Below, piece by piece: positions 1-9,114 of a stretch of DNA of 64,000 bases; position 1 is the stretch's first letter; the number at the start of each line of letters is the position of its first letter. The notes beneath the pieces were generated by a model. The model saw nothing but the letters and a program-made list of their open reading frames with translations. It was not told the DNA's origin and ran no database searches. Source of the stretch: an uncultured virus (IMG/VR IMGVR_UViG_2724679134_000002). Taxonomy: Duplodnaviria; Heunggongvirae; Uroviricota; Caudoviricetes. The position numbers and the translations under genes are program-made. The stretch lies in IMG/VR virus record IMGVR_UViG_2724679134_000002; one strand, given 5' to 3'.

Positions 1-333
1 TTGCTTAGAGATCGAGGGACAATCAAATGGACATCAATGATGCTCCCAGAACATTTAACACAGCTTAAACAAGACTTACTTGATGTATCAAAAATTGAAA
101 AGCCATCATTAGATAATCAACAAATTGAGGAGATGGATATTCTCGTCTCTGAAGCAATGTCACTGAACAAAGAGCTAAAATTTCAACTGTATGAAGATGG
201 GTATGTTAATGAAATGATCGGAAGAGTTCAGTACCTTAACTACGAACAAAAAAAGCTGCATGTGAAAGATCAGAACGACCTTAAAATTTACATCACCATG
301 AATGACATCATAGGAGTTGCGTACAATGATTAA
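1..333 (+). CDS. yolD: YolD-like protein (accessory partner of UvrX)
   Basis: 110 aa, RDRGTIKWTSMMLPEH N-terminal motif of the YolD family; overlaps uvrX start. Confidence 0.9.
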   Translation: MLRDRGTIKWTSMMLPEHLTQLKQDLLDVSKIEKPSLDNQQIEEMDILVSEAMSLNKELKFQLYEDGYVNEMIGRVQYLNYEQKKLHVKDQNDLKIYITMNDIIGVAYND

Positions 334-1576
334 TTACTCACAATTTCCACGTAAAAATATTCTCTGTGTTGATATGAAGTCGTTTTATGCTTCTGTATCG
401 GCCGTAACTATGGGATTAAATCCAATGACATGCTACTTGGCTGTAGCAGGAAATACGGAGAGACAGGGAAGTGTAGTGTTAGCTGCATCTCCTGCACTTA
501 AAAAAGATTTTGGGATTAAAACTGGATCAAGATTATTTGAAATCCCAGACGATCCAAGAATCCATGTTGTAAATCCACAAATGAGACTTTTCATCAGAGT
601 TTCAACTGAAATTACTAAATTGTTTTACAGGTTTGTGCCTGAGAAGTGCGTACATACGTACTCAATTGATGAATCTTTTTTAGATGCAGGAAAAGAAAAT
701 CCTGAAGAAATTGCGGAAGCAATACAAAGCAGCATGTGGAGAGAGTTCGGTCTTATGTGCACAGTAGGTATTGGTGACAATATGTTGTTAAGTAAGTTAG
801 CTCTTGATCTAGAGAGTAAGAAAGCAAAGAATGGGATTGCACGATGGAGGTATGAAGATGTGTCAAATAAACTTTGGAAGGTTCATCCGTTGTCTGAAAT
901 GTGGGGAATAGGAGGGAGGATGGAGAGGAATTTAAACCGGATGGGGATTTCAACTGTTGGCCAATTAGCCAAATATCCATTAGAGTTGCTTGAAAAACGT
1001 TTCGGCATAATGGGTAATCAGATTTATTATCATGCACATGGAATTGATCTTTCTGAAATTGGAGCTCCCTTAATGCAGGGACAAATAAGCTACGGGAAAA
1101 GCCAGATCTTACTTAGGGATTATACGAAAAAAGAGGATATAAAGGCGGTTCTCTTGGAGATATGCGAAGAGGTTGCACGAAGAGCGCGGACACATAATAA
1201 AGTAGGACGTACCATTAGCTTAGGAATCGGTTACAGTAAAGATGAGTTCGGTGGCGGCTTTCATAGAGCCAAAACGATTGATTTACCTACAAATATCACG
1301 ATGGATATTTATCGATATTGCTTGGTGTTGTTTGATAAGTTCTATACAGGCAAAACAGTGAGGAGTATCTCAGTTACTTTATCCAATATCGAAGATGATG
1401 TAAATCAACAATTAAGCCTGTTTGAAAAAGACAATGAAAAGAGAAGAAAACTTGGATTTGTAATGGACGGGATAAGAAATAAATACGGATCAAAAGCGAT
1501 CTTGCGAGCTGTTTCTTATACACCTGGAGGCACAGCTTTGTATAGAGCAGGTTTGACAGGTGGGCACAAATCATAA
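326..1576 (+). CDS. uvrX: Y-family (UmuC/DinB-like) translesion DNA polymerase UvrX
   Basis: CVDMKSFYAS, YSIDESFLD and C-terminal GGH motifs; ATG at 326 after GGAG gives 416 aa. Confidence 0.93.
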   Translation: MINYSQFPRKNILCVDMKSFYASVSAVTMGLNPMTCYLAVAGNTERQGSVVLAASPALKKDFGIKTGSRLFEIPDDPRIHVVNPQMRLFIRVSTEITKLFYRFVPEKCVHTYSIDESFLDAGKENPEEIAEAIQSSMWREFGLMCTVGIGDNMLLSKLALDLESKKAKNGIARWRYEDVSNKLWKVHPLSEMWGIGGRMERNLNRMGISTVGQLAKYPLELLEKRFGIMGNQIYYHAHGIDLSEIGAPLMQGQISYGKSQILLRDYTKKEDIKAVLLEICEEVARRARTHNKVGRTISLGIGYSKDEFGGGFHRAKTIDLPTNITMDIYRYCLVLFDKFYTGKTVRSISVTLSNIEDDVNQQLSLFEKDNEKRRKLGFVMDGIRNKYGSKAILRAVSYTPGGTALYRAGLTGGHKS

Positions 1577-1605
1577 AAAATACCCCCTATATGGGGGTGA
1601 AAAAA
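1577..1605. terminator. Bidirectional intrinsic terminator between convergent uvrX and phr
   Basis: ACCCCC-TATAT-GGGGGT hairpin flanked by A tracts. Confidence 0.6.
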
Positions 1606-1608
1606 CAT

Positions 1609-1788
1609 TTATGCGGTTTGCCCTCTACGTTCCACTGAGAAGTCATGGTGATCAAGAGCGATTTGGATACTGGCTGTGTGGCCTCTTCGAGCTTCTTTTA
1701 AAACTTTGTGGTCGTTAAGAAGATAATGTCCGACAAGCCCAAGTAAGATAACTAAAAAAATAAAAGAAGATGCAAGTTTAAATTTCAT
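1609..1788 (-). CDS. phr: Phr-type secreted signalling pre-peptide (59 aa) with two related candidate peptides, RRGHTA and RRGQTA
   Basis: ATG 1788 overlaps the rap stop; signal peptide MKFKLASSFIFLVILLGLVG; internal ARRGHTAS and terminal ERRGQTA. Confidence 0.85.
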   Translation of the reverse strand: MKFKLASSFIFLVILLGLVGHYLLNDHKVLKEARRGHTASIQIALDHHDFSVERRGQTA

Positions 1789-2914
1789 AAAGACAATCCC
1801 CTCTCTGAATTTGTTTTCGGGCATAAAGCACTTTCTCATAAAAGGTAGTAGCTACTTTATGGTCTTCATTTACATTATAATACATTGCTGCATCAGTCGC
1901 TAGGTCTTCCACGTCTGAAAGCATAGCTTTTGACTCCAAGTAACTAAGAATTTTAAAGAGTTGGTCTTTGTCATTGTCAACGAATAAAATCATAAGAAAA
2001 TTAAACATTTTTCCTAATACTTCGTCATTTAATTCCTTCGACAGTATTACACCTTGTTCACAAACCTGCTTTCCTTCAACGGTGTTGGATAATTTAAAAT
2101 GTGTTTTTGCCAACATCAGAAGTATGTCTAGTAGTCGGTTAGAATATTGAAGAGCCTTACTTTGGTAAATTAAGGCGCCTTCTTTGAAATACTCCAAAGC
2201 CTTTTCCATATTTCCTGTTGCAAATGAGCATAAACCGAGATTATACAAAGAAGATCCTATTAACCGAGGCAAATTAATTTCTTGTGCTTGTTTTAAAGCA
2301 TTCATAAAATGTGGTACTGCTTTTTCTGGATATTCCATGTCTAAATAATTCAGACCGATGACAAATGAACATTGAATGACTTTTACTGAATACGTCTCGT
2401 GAGCTTTATAGGTTTCTATTGCTTGAACTATATGGTGCATAGACATGTGAGTCTGTTTCATATGGTAATATACTTCAGCGACTTTGTAATGAAATTCTGC
2501 ACGTTCTATTTCATCTGGAACAATAGATATCATCTTTTCTGCTCGGTTGTAAAAACTTATTGCTTTAAGAAATTCGTACTGTTCAAATTCATACATTCCA
2601 TGAAAAAAGTTAAAATAATATTCAAGAATTCCTTTTAGATCAGTTTGATTACTTTCGATCTTTTCTAATAAGTCTGAAATTTTAGGTCGTTCCTCATTCA
2701 TTGATTTTGGCTCAAGGTAATCAAGCATTAATTGATGTCTAAAACACATGAGCGAATAGTATAACAATAAATCTTGATCTTCTTCCATGTACTCTATTTC
2801 TTGTTCCACTTCGGTTTTTAAAATTTCTGCATCTGCAACACTGAACAATCTTATGTATTTATACCATTCATTGATTTTTAAACCAACTTTTGAAGAAGAG
2901 ATCACTTGCTGCAA
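1778..2914 (-). CDS. rap: Rap-family response regulator aspartate phosphatase / TPR peptide receptor
   Basis: SSKVGLKINEWYKYI, MEEDQDLLLYYSLMCFRHQLMLDYLEP and AEFHYKVAEVYYHMKQT are Rap signatures; TTG start at 2914 behind GGAGG (ORF track starts at 2923). Confidence 0.93.
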   Translation of the reverse strand: MQQVISSSKVGLKINEWYKYIRLFSVADAEILKTEVEQEIEYMEEDQDLLLYYSLMCFRHQLMLDYLEPKSMNEERPKISDLLEKIESNQTDLKGILEYYFNFFHGMYEFEQYEFLKAISFYNRAEKMISIVPDEIERAEFHYKVAEVYYHMKQTHMSMHHIVQAIETYKAHETYSVKVIQCSFVIGLNYLDMEYPEKAVPHFMNALKQAQEINLPRLIGSSLYNLGLCSFATGNMEKALEYFKEGALIYQSKALQYSNRLLDILLMLAKTHFKLSNTVEGKQVCEQGVILSKELNDEVLGKMFNFLMILFVDNDKDQLFKILSYLESKAMLSDVEDLATDAAMYYNVNEDHKVATTFYEKVLYARKQIQRGDCLYEI

Positions 2915-3024
2915 AATAATCACCCTCCCGATATTTCGTCTAATATGTAATATTTTATCATAACTTAAGATGTGAGGAAGATTATCTTTTCCTTAATTTT
3001 TCAATTCAGGAAGTGAGTTGCGAA

Positions 3025-3058
3025 AAAATACCCTCCTCGAAATTGATTGAGAAGGGTA
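3025..3058 (-). terminator. Intrinsic terminator at the end of the lysis/late transcript
   Basis: TACCCT..AGGGTA hairpin followed by a T-run on the minus strand. Confidence 0.55.
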
Positions 3059-3065
3059 AGGTTTG

Positions 3066-3386
3066 TTAACTTGTTGCTTTTAAAGAAGCTAACCATTCAT
3101 CTAATGTTCCTGTAAAACCTTGTTGAACAGCTAATTCGTATGCAGATAAACCATCTTTTCCATCTTTCCCGGTAGCACCTGTGGCACCTTTGGATCCAGT
3201 TGCACCAGTATCGCCTTTGTCTCCTTTAGCACCTATTGCTCCGGTACTACCTTTATCGCCTTTTTCACCTTTTAACGAAGCCAACCATTCTTCTTCAGTT
3301 CCAGAAAATCCTTTATCAACTGCAATATCATAAGCAGACTTACCAGTTACTATCGAGACATTTACCATTGGATTAAAGAAACTCAT
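3066..3386 (-). CDS. Small collagen-like (Gly-X-Y) protein bounded by two GxSAY..WLASLK repeats
   Basis: GKSAYDIAVDKGFSGTEEEWLASLK, a run of G-X-Y triplets, then GLSAYELAVQQGFTGTLDEWLASLK. Confidence 0.8.
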   Translation of the reverse strand: MSFFNPMVNVSIVTGKSAYDIAVDKGFSGTEEEWLASLKGEKGDKGSTGAIGAKGDKGDTGATGSKGATGATGKDGKDGLSAYELAVQQGFTGTLDEWLASLKATS

Positions 3387-3670
3387 TTATGCGCCCCCAA
3401 AAAGTTATATGTTATCCCTGCTTCAGATATCTTAAAGCTAGTGATAGGTGAATCTTGAGCATCCATTTGAAATCCTTGCCCAGCTCTTAAATAAATAGGA
3501 TTGATACCATTGATTGATACATGACACTCTTGATCATTTGAGAAACTGAATTTGTAAAGAGAATATTTCATTGTCCAGGTAGGTGGTGGGGAGGGGATTA
3601 CCTCTTGATTTGGTGTTGATTTTTCGAGGTTTGAGCTGCCGATATAACCTGACCCTATTTGTACACTCAC
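3383..3670 (-). CDS. Hypothetical protein, translationally coupled to the collagen-like gene
   Basis: 95 aa ORF, RBS AAAGGA, 4-nt overlap with the downstream gene. Confidence 0.7.
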   Translation of the reverse strand: MSVQIGSGYIGSSNLEKSTPNQEVIPSPPPTWTMKYSLYKFSFSNDQECHVSINGINPIYLRAGQGFQMDAQDSPITSFKISEAGITYNFLGAHK

Positions 3671-3724
3671 GTAACCATTCCTTTCATGTTCAAAATCGAA
3701 AAAAGGGGGAGATAACTCCCCGAA

Positions 3725-3976
3725 TTATTTAGGTTCTGTATATTCCATTGCTTGATCACTGTCAGAAATACCTGGGGTAGTTGGATCCACTACAATTCCC
3801 ATAGCAGTTAAAAAGGTCAGCAAAGCATTGAATTTCTCAGTGAGGTCATCACTAAACACAGAGATGTCATATCCAAATGCACTTGCGATTGATTGAGCAA
3901 ATAGAAGTGTTGCAGAGAAGATTGCCACAAGGAATGTTTTCTTTTTAAGTCGTACTTTCCAGTTGATTTTAGTCAT
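3725..3976 (-). CDS. Phage holin, phi LC3 family
   Basis: INWKVRLK..F N-terminus and GIVVDPTTPGISDS motif; two hydrophobic segments. Confidence 0.88.
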   Translation of the reverse strand: MTKINWKVRLKKKTFLVAIFSATLLFAQSIASAFGYDISVFSDDLTEKFNALLTFLTAMGIVVDPTTPGISDSDQAMEYTEPK

Positions 3977-3988
3977 TAGATCGTCTCC

Positions 3989-4360
3989 TTACAAATTAGC
4001 CAATTTAGTGATATCAATCCCAGCGATTTCAGCGCCGAGTAAAATAAGAATAATCAAGACCAATATTTTTAACGTTTTTCCAAAGGTGCCTTCTAATAAG
4101 TTTTGAAGCCATTTTGTTTGCGACTGGTTAACCTGTTGAAATTCATTTCTTAGCCCAGCTATCTCAGTTGAGAAAAGATCTTTTGTTTCAGCAAGCGTCT
4201 TTTCTTGATTTTCAACAACAGTGGTAAGCCTAATAAGCGATTCACTCGTTGTTTTTTGTGTTTCTAACATTATTTTTCTGTCTTCTGCTTGTTCTTTAAG
4301 ACGTTCTTTTATATGAGCGACTTCAGTCTTTAAAACTTGATAATTTTCATTTTCAGCCAC
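3989..4360 (-). CDS. Lysis accessory membrane protein (coiled coil plus C-terminal TM, XhlA/BhlA-like architecture)
   Basis: Lies between endolysin and holin; GTG start after GGAGG; C-terminal hydrophobic helix. Confidence 0.65.
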   Translation of the reverse strand: MAENENYQVLKTEVAHIKERLKEQAEDRKIMLETQKTTSESLIRLTTVVENQEKTLAETKDLFSTEIAGLRNEFQQVNQSQTKWLQNLLEGTFGKTLKILVLIILILLGAEIAGIDITKLANL

Positions 4361-4476
4361 AATACAATCATCCTCCATAAAAAATAAGAGGCAATTTCAC
4401 ATCACCTCCTAAAAATTAAGAGGATATTCATTGATATACCTTATCAACAAATATCCTTAAAGATTTTTAAATATAT

Positions 4477-5502
4477 TTAGAGTTTTGATCCAAACTGCCC
4501 TGAAATGTAACCACGTTCACCTTTGTAGATAACTTCCCAGTAGCCTTTAGCATTATTTGAACCTTTTACTGAGCCAGAAATACTGATCGTATCACCGAGC
4601 TTTACTGTGCCAAGGTTCTTTGCTTTGTTCTTATCAGGTCTATCCATAACAATTGCTGAGCTTTTTACACCAACAATTTTGATTTTCCCTACAGATTTAA
4701 TATCGCTGTTGGACTTGGTAGAGGACTTTGCAGGTGCAGAGGTTTTAACATTGCCTGAAACAGTTACATACTCATCTGCAGCAGTGATGTAATAAGTGGC
4801 TCCCTTAGAATTTTTAACTTTGTATTGATAAGCATTTCCAACTTTAACTTTCTCAACAACAGTAGGGAATCCAATACCTTTATTTACTGTGCCGACAACA
4901 TCTTTATCTTCCCATGATGGTTTTGAGTAGAATCGGAGTTCATCAACTTTTGATTTAAGGGAACCACTTGCTGTCGATGTTTTAGAAGTTTCTTTAGCTG
5001 TTGTCTTTGATGGAGTAGAAGAAGAGGCATCGCTAATTCCTTTTTTAAAAGAATCCCAGCGATCAAGTAATTTACGAGGGCAGTATTTACCAGACCAATG
5101 TTGATGAGGAACAACATTGGTAAATGAAATTCCTTGTTCTTTCATCAGCTTTTTGATTAGCCACTGAGCATTGCTTACGGCTTTTTCAAAATCTCCATCG
5201 CTATTCTCACAGATTTCAATTCCAATTGATTTTCGGTTACCTGTTCCGTTACCGTCACCAGCGTGCCAGCCGTTTTCATTTAGCGGAAGATGCTGATAAA
5301 TTTCTTTCTCATCGACTGTGAAGTGCCAACTTGTAGCTGTATTAGGATTTTTCTCATAGCGCGCGTGCATTTTTGCATTAGCTCCGGCTGCTGTATTGGC
5401 TGTGTTATGAACTGTAATGTATGTCGGATTCATTGAGTATCCAGGTCTATTGTTGTTTCCTTTAGGGATAATATCTTGAATAATTTGTGTCATATTAAAC
5501 AT
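4477..5502 (-). CDS. blyA: Endolysin, N-acetylmuramoyl-L-alanine amidase (Amidase_2) with C-terminal cell-wall-binding domains
   Basis: YITVHNTAN, SWHFTVD, WHAGDG, SIGIEICEN, PHQHWSGKYCP; BlyA-like C-terminal half; position in the lysis cassette. Confidence 0.88.
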   Translation of the reverse strand: MFNMTQIIQDIIPKGNNNRPGYSMNPTYITVHNTANTAAGANAKMHARYEKNPNTATSWHFTVDEKEIYQHLPLNENGWHAGDGNGTGNRKSIGIEICENSDGDFEKAVSNAQWLIKKLMKEQGISFTNVVPHQHWSGKYCPRKLLDRWDSFKKGISDASSSTPSKTTAKETSKTSTASGSLKSKVDELRFYSKPSWEDKDVVGTVNKGIGFPTVVEKVKVGNAYQYKVKNSKGATYYITAADEYVTVSGNVKTSAPAKSSTKSNSDIKSVGKIKIVGVKSSAIVMDRPDKNKAKNLGTVKLGDTISISGSVKGSNNAKGYWEVIYKGERGYISGQFGSKL

Positions 5503-5666
5503 CTCTCCTAAATTTTAATTTGAACACAAAAAAGAGAGAAGGGGGTTAAATCCATCTCTCTCAATCTCGTGTATACTCTTGTTTACTCTGTTTTTCAACT
5601 ATGTATTTTGAATAAAATCTATATTTTAACTAGAAGTTAACCACCCCCTTAAATAATAGAGGATAT

Positions 5667-8246
5667 CTACATCATTGGTGCAACAAGACACACAGCGATA
5701 CCGAATCCACGTTCTTTTGTATAAGGAGTAGTTACCTTCATTACTGGATAACCTGTACCGTCAGTTGATTTTGATCCTTTACCTGCTTTAGGAATAATTC
5801 GATCACCGTCTTGAACTGTTTCATCAACTCTTACATAAATCTGTCCAAACATACCTACGATATTCCATTCTGGTCGTTCGGATCTTGGCACGTATTCCTC
5901 ATCAGAATTAAATTCAGGATTCTCCTTAGGCAAGCGTCTAGTTTCAGTTACTTGTGCTCCTTCTGAATTAATAAACGTTACATCAACGTCTTCATATATT
6001 AATCCTCCAAACTCATTTCTTAAATATTTACCTTGCCAATTGAATAGGGACTCGCCAAGAACAACACCTGCTGTTTCAGAAATAACACCTAAAACTTTTT
6101 CACCTAAATTAGCTTTTCTGATTTTGTCTCCTTCTAAAGTAACCATATATCCAGTAGCAATAGCTCTACCGTCAGCAGATTCGAAGTACTCTGCATAGTC
6201 AGCGAAAGTGGAAGCACCTTTAACTTGTCCAGTTAGAGTGATATTCCCGTCTTTTGCATGGAGTTGGATTTTAGTATTTGCCGTGGAAGGAGTAGAACTA
6301 GTTCCGTATCCCAGTGCTACAGTGTAACCTGTTTTATTTACCACACCTTGGGAAGCAAGTACAGCTCTTGATGAACCAGCTCCTTCTATTCTTGAGTTAT
6401 TTGATGCTCCAATTAAAGAGCGACTTCCTTCAGAGGTTGTCTTTGACCCACCGGAAGATGCAATAACAGCATTACGTGGGCCTTCTGCTTTGGAACCACC
6501 AGTTGTAGCAATGATAGCAGAAGCGTCACCAGTTGCTTGTCCGCCACCTGATGATGCCATTACAACACTAGTTTTTGTTTTAGCATAGCCAGAAGTCGTT
6601 GCAATCCTCGTTCCACCTTTGAAATTATTCGGGATAAACGAGTAAGTTTTTCCGGCAATCTTACTGGGAGTAGAGTATTTTTCACTCATAACAGAATTGA
6701 TATTAACTTGTGAGTTTGTGCAATATACACCGGTAGAGCCAGTTTTACTTGTCCCGATTAGATTTGCATTGTTGATGTTCACCGATCCAACTTTACTTCC
6801 TACAGCAATACCAACTAAAGCAGATTCATTGATTGTGACATTTGAGATATTTACATTGTCGGACTTTTGAGATCCACCGATAACATAAATATCGTTTCCA
6901 GCTGTGCTAAATCCAGAAACGGATATATTGTTTAAGTTGATATTTCTACTCTTATATTGCAAAGCAATAACAGCATTATTTTTATAATCGTAGGAAGGAT
7001 CGCCAATGGCCGTGAAGTTTGAGATGTTTACATTTCTATAGGCGGATACTACAAGCGCACGGGGATTTAAACCAGTATAGAGGTTACTGAAGATTGGATG
7101 TTTTGCAGTGCAATTCACTGCGTTTATATTATAAGCACTTGTTGAGATCGGTTCAGAAGCAAGGTGGAAACCGATATGCCTAAAATCAAATGCTCTAATA
7201 TCATTTTCAGAGTAGCAGTTGATTAAATTAACGTTTCTTGCTGCAGGTGCTCGATTATGTGCTTTAACCTCAAATCCTCTACAGTTTTTGTAACTGTAGC
7301 AGTTAACAAGCCATACATTTTTAGACCCATCATCAATTTCAAACCCATTGGAGTTCTGAGAACCATTGGGGTGAGCTGAACCATTTCCTTCATAAGCATA
7401 GCAATTTGTAATGAAAATATATTCAGAGTAATGGGTTGTAAAACCGTCATCTCCATAGTTGGTTGCAGTGCAGTTTTCAATCCAAACATATTTACTTCCT
7501 TTTGGCTGATAGTAATCTGCACCGTCTGATGAAGAGTTCCAAATAGGGGAGCTGACATCGAAGCCATGAACACCTGCATTGCGAGCGTTAACGTTCTTAA
7601 TGCGAACGAATTTAGAATTCACGATACCAATACAGTTAGCATTAGTTCCATTTGAAATTTTATTGTCTGCCTTTGATCTGTTCCAATCAAGATCTAGGTC
7701 TTCAATTGAAATATATTCGTTTCCATTAGAGTAGTCGCTATTAGTGATAACACAAGCTGTTCCTGCTGCTGTAGAATGAAGCTTGATTATAGACTGGAAT
7801 CCCACACCATAAATCTTTGTGTAAGATGGTATTTTTAATCCTTGCACCATGTAAGTTCCAGGTGGTACGAAAACTTCTCGTTTCCCACTTGCAAATGCGT
7901 CATTAAAAGCTTTAGTGTCATCTGTAACTCCGTCACCTTTTGCACCAAAGTCTTTAACATTAACACTTCTTCTAATGAATTCATTCAATGTCTTTTCAAC
8001 TAGATTGGCACCGGAAGCGGGGATTTTTGTGATGTCACCGATTAAATTTGTAACATTGTCTATGCTTTGATCTACATTCTCAAGTTTTGAATCAACAGTT
8101 CTTAATGCAGTTGAAATTTCTTTAGAAGCATCATCAAATGCTTTCTTTATCTCTGGAGCTGTATATTTAACTCCGTCAGACTTTAGTAATTCAATCGACA
8201 TGGGTACATATTGACCAGTATTCTTGTCGTAATATTTAAATCCCAT
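5667..8246 (-). CDS. yomE: Tail spike / pre-neck appendage-like beta-helix protein with C-terminal peptidase G2 autocleaving chaperone
   Basis: VNVKDFGAKGDGVTDDT (pectate lyase 3-like start), beta-helix repeats, ADYAEYFES and YVPRSERPEW..VGMFGQ chaperone motifs as in phi29 gp12. Confidence 0.85.
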   Translation of the reverse strand: MGFKYYDKNTGQYVPMSIELLKSDGVKYTAPEIKKAFDDASKEISTALRTVDSKLENVDQSIDNVTNLIGDITKIPASGANLVEKTLNEFIRRSVNVKDFGAKGDGVTDDTKAFNDAFASGKREVFVPPGTYMVQGLKIPSYTKIYGVGFQSIIKLHSTAAGTACVITNSDYSNGNEYISIEDLDLDWNRSKADNKISNGTNANCIGIVNSKFVRIKNVNARNAGVHGFDVSSPIWNSSSDGADYYQPKGSKYVWIENCTATNYGDDGFTTHYSEYIFITNCYAYEGNGSAHPNGSQNSNGFEIDDGSKNVWLVNCYSYKNCRGFEVKAHNRAPAARNVNLINCYSENDIRAFDFRHIGFHLASEPISTSAYNINAVNCTAKHPIFSNLYTGLNPRALVVSAYRNVNISNFTAIGDPSYDYKNNAVIALQYKSRNINLNNISVSGFSTAGNDIYVIGGSQKSDNVNISNVTINESALVGIAVGSKVGSVNINNANLIGTSKTGSTGVYCTNSQVNINSVMSEKYSTPSKIAGKTYSFIPNNFKGGTRIATTSGYAKTKTSVVMASSGGGQATGDASAIIATTGGSKAEGPRNAVIASSGGSKTTSEGSRSLIGASNNSRIEGAGSSRAVLASQGVVNKTGYTVALGYGTSSTPSTANTKIQLHAKDGNITLTGQVKGASTFADYAEYFESADGRAIATGYMVTLEGDKIRKANLGEKVLGVISETAGVVLGESLFNWQGKYLRNEFGGLIYEDVDVTFINSEGAQVTETRRLPKENPEFNSDEEYVPRSERPEWNIVGMFGQIYVRVDETVQDGDRIIPKAGKGSKSTDGTGYPVMKVTTPYTKERGFGIAVCLVAPMM

Positions 8247-8261
8247 CTATTAACCTCCAAA

Positions 8262-8293
8262 TAAAAAAGAGACCCGATCGAAGTCTCTTTTTT
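8262..8293 (-). terminator. Intrinsic terminator / hairpin
   Basis: AAAAAAGAGAC-CCGATCGAA-GTCTCTTTTTT. Confidence 0.6.
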
Positions 8294-9114
8294 TAATCAA
8301 TTTCATACCAAACTCCACCTGATTCTGGTGTAGTATTGGATATCACAACTTTTTGTTTTTCAGGTGCGAGATTTTCATCTTGATACCACACATAATTGGT
8401 ATTAAATGGTTCAACAGCGCTTAATAATATATCGAATCCTTCATATACTTCAGATGTCCCAATATCAATCCAATCAAAACCATCCCATCTATATACAGTT
8501 TTTGTTTCTTTTACTGCAACAGTCCACCCAATAAGGGGATTAGGGTAGGTTGATAAAATATCTGCATACGTATAAACTGATGGCTTATAAATTTTTCTTG
8601 TGTTTTCAACTACGTATTCATAATCAGAAGTAGCTTCACGACACCATTGTGTTATTTCTGCACAACGTTTAGTAACACGTTCACATTCAGCTATCCGTTC
8701 GTTCATTCTTATAATGGCATCTTCAGCTTCGTCAACTATGCCTTGAAGTGTCTCGATGACCATATTTCCTTGTCGTTTAACCCATATACGAGAAGCAGGG
8801 AAGAAGGAAGCACCTTCACCTTGATATGTAAGAGTTAGCGATTTGCCCTCATTTGTGGCATTAAAAAAGACAACTCCCATAAGGTAGTCAACCTTAAAGT
8901 AATTGTCCTGTAATTCACCGTCTTCGATTTCTCGCCACTCTTTGTTATCACCGTTTATTTCAATCCGATACTCTCGATTAGGAACTTCAGTTAATAAAAC
9001 ACGCCCATTGTACACTGTCAGTGTCTCATTGTAAGTTAAATAGGGATCATCAATTGAACCCTTTCTTTTCTGGGAAAGAGTAGGGTCATTATAAAGTTTA
9101 GGAAAATCAGTCAG
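8293..9114 (-). CDS. yomF: YomF-like tail/baseplate protein (probable CTG start)
   Basis: GGAGGTG RBS precedes an in-frame CTG at 9114 overlapping the yomG stop; 273 aa; syntenic. Confidence 0.75.
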   Translation of the reverse strand: MTDFPKLYNDPTLSQKRKGSIDDPYLTYNETLTVYNGRVLLTEVPNREYRIEINGDNKEWREIEDGELQDNYFKVDYLMGVVFFNATNEGKSLTLTYQGEGASFFPASRIWVKRQGNMVIETLQGIVDEAEDAIIRMNERIAECERVTKRCAEITQWCREATSDYEYVVENTRKIYKPSVYTYADILSTYPNPLIGWTVAVKETKTVYRWDGFDWIDIGTSEVYEGFDILLSAVEPFNTNYVWYQDENLAPEKQKVVISNTTPESGGVWYEID

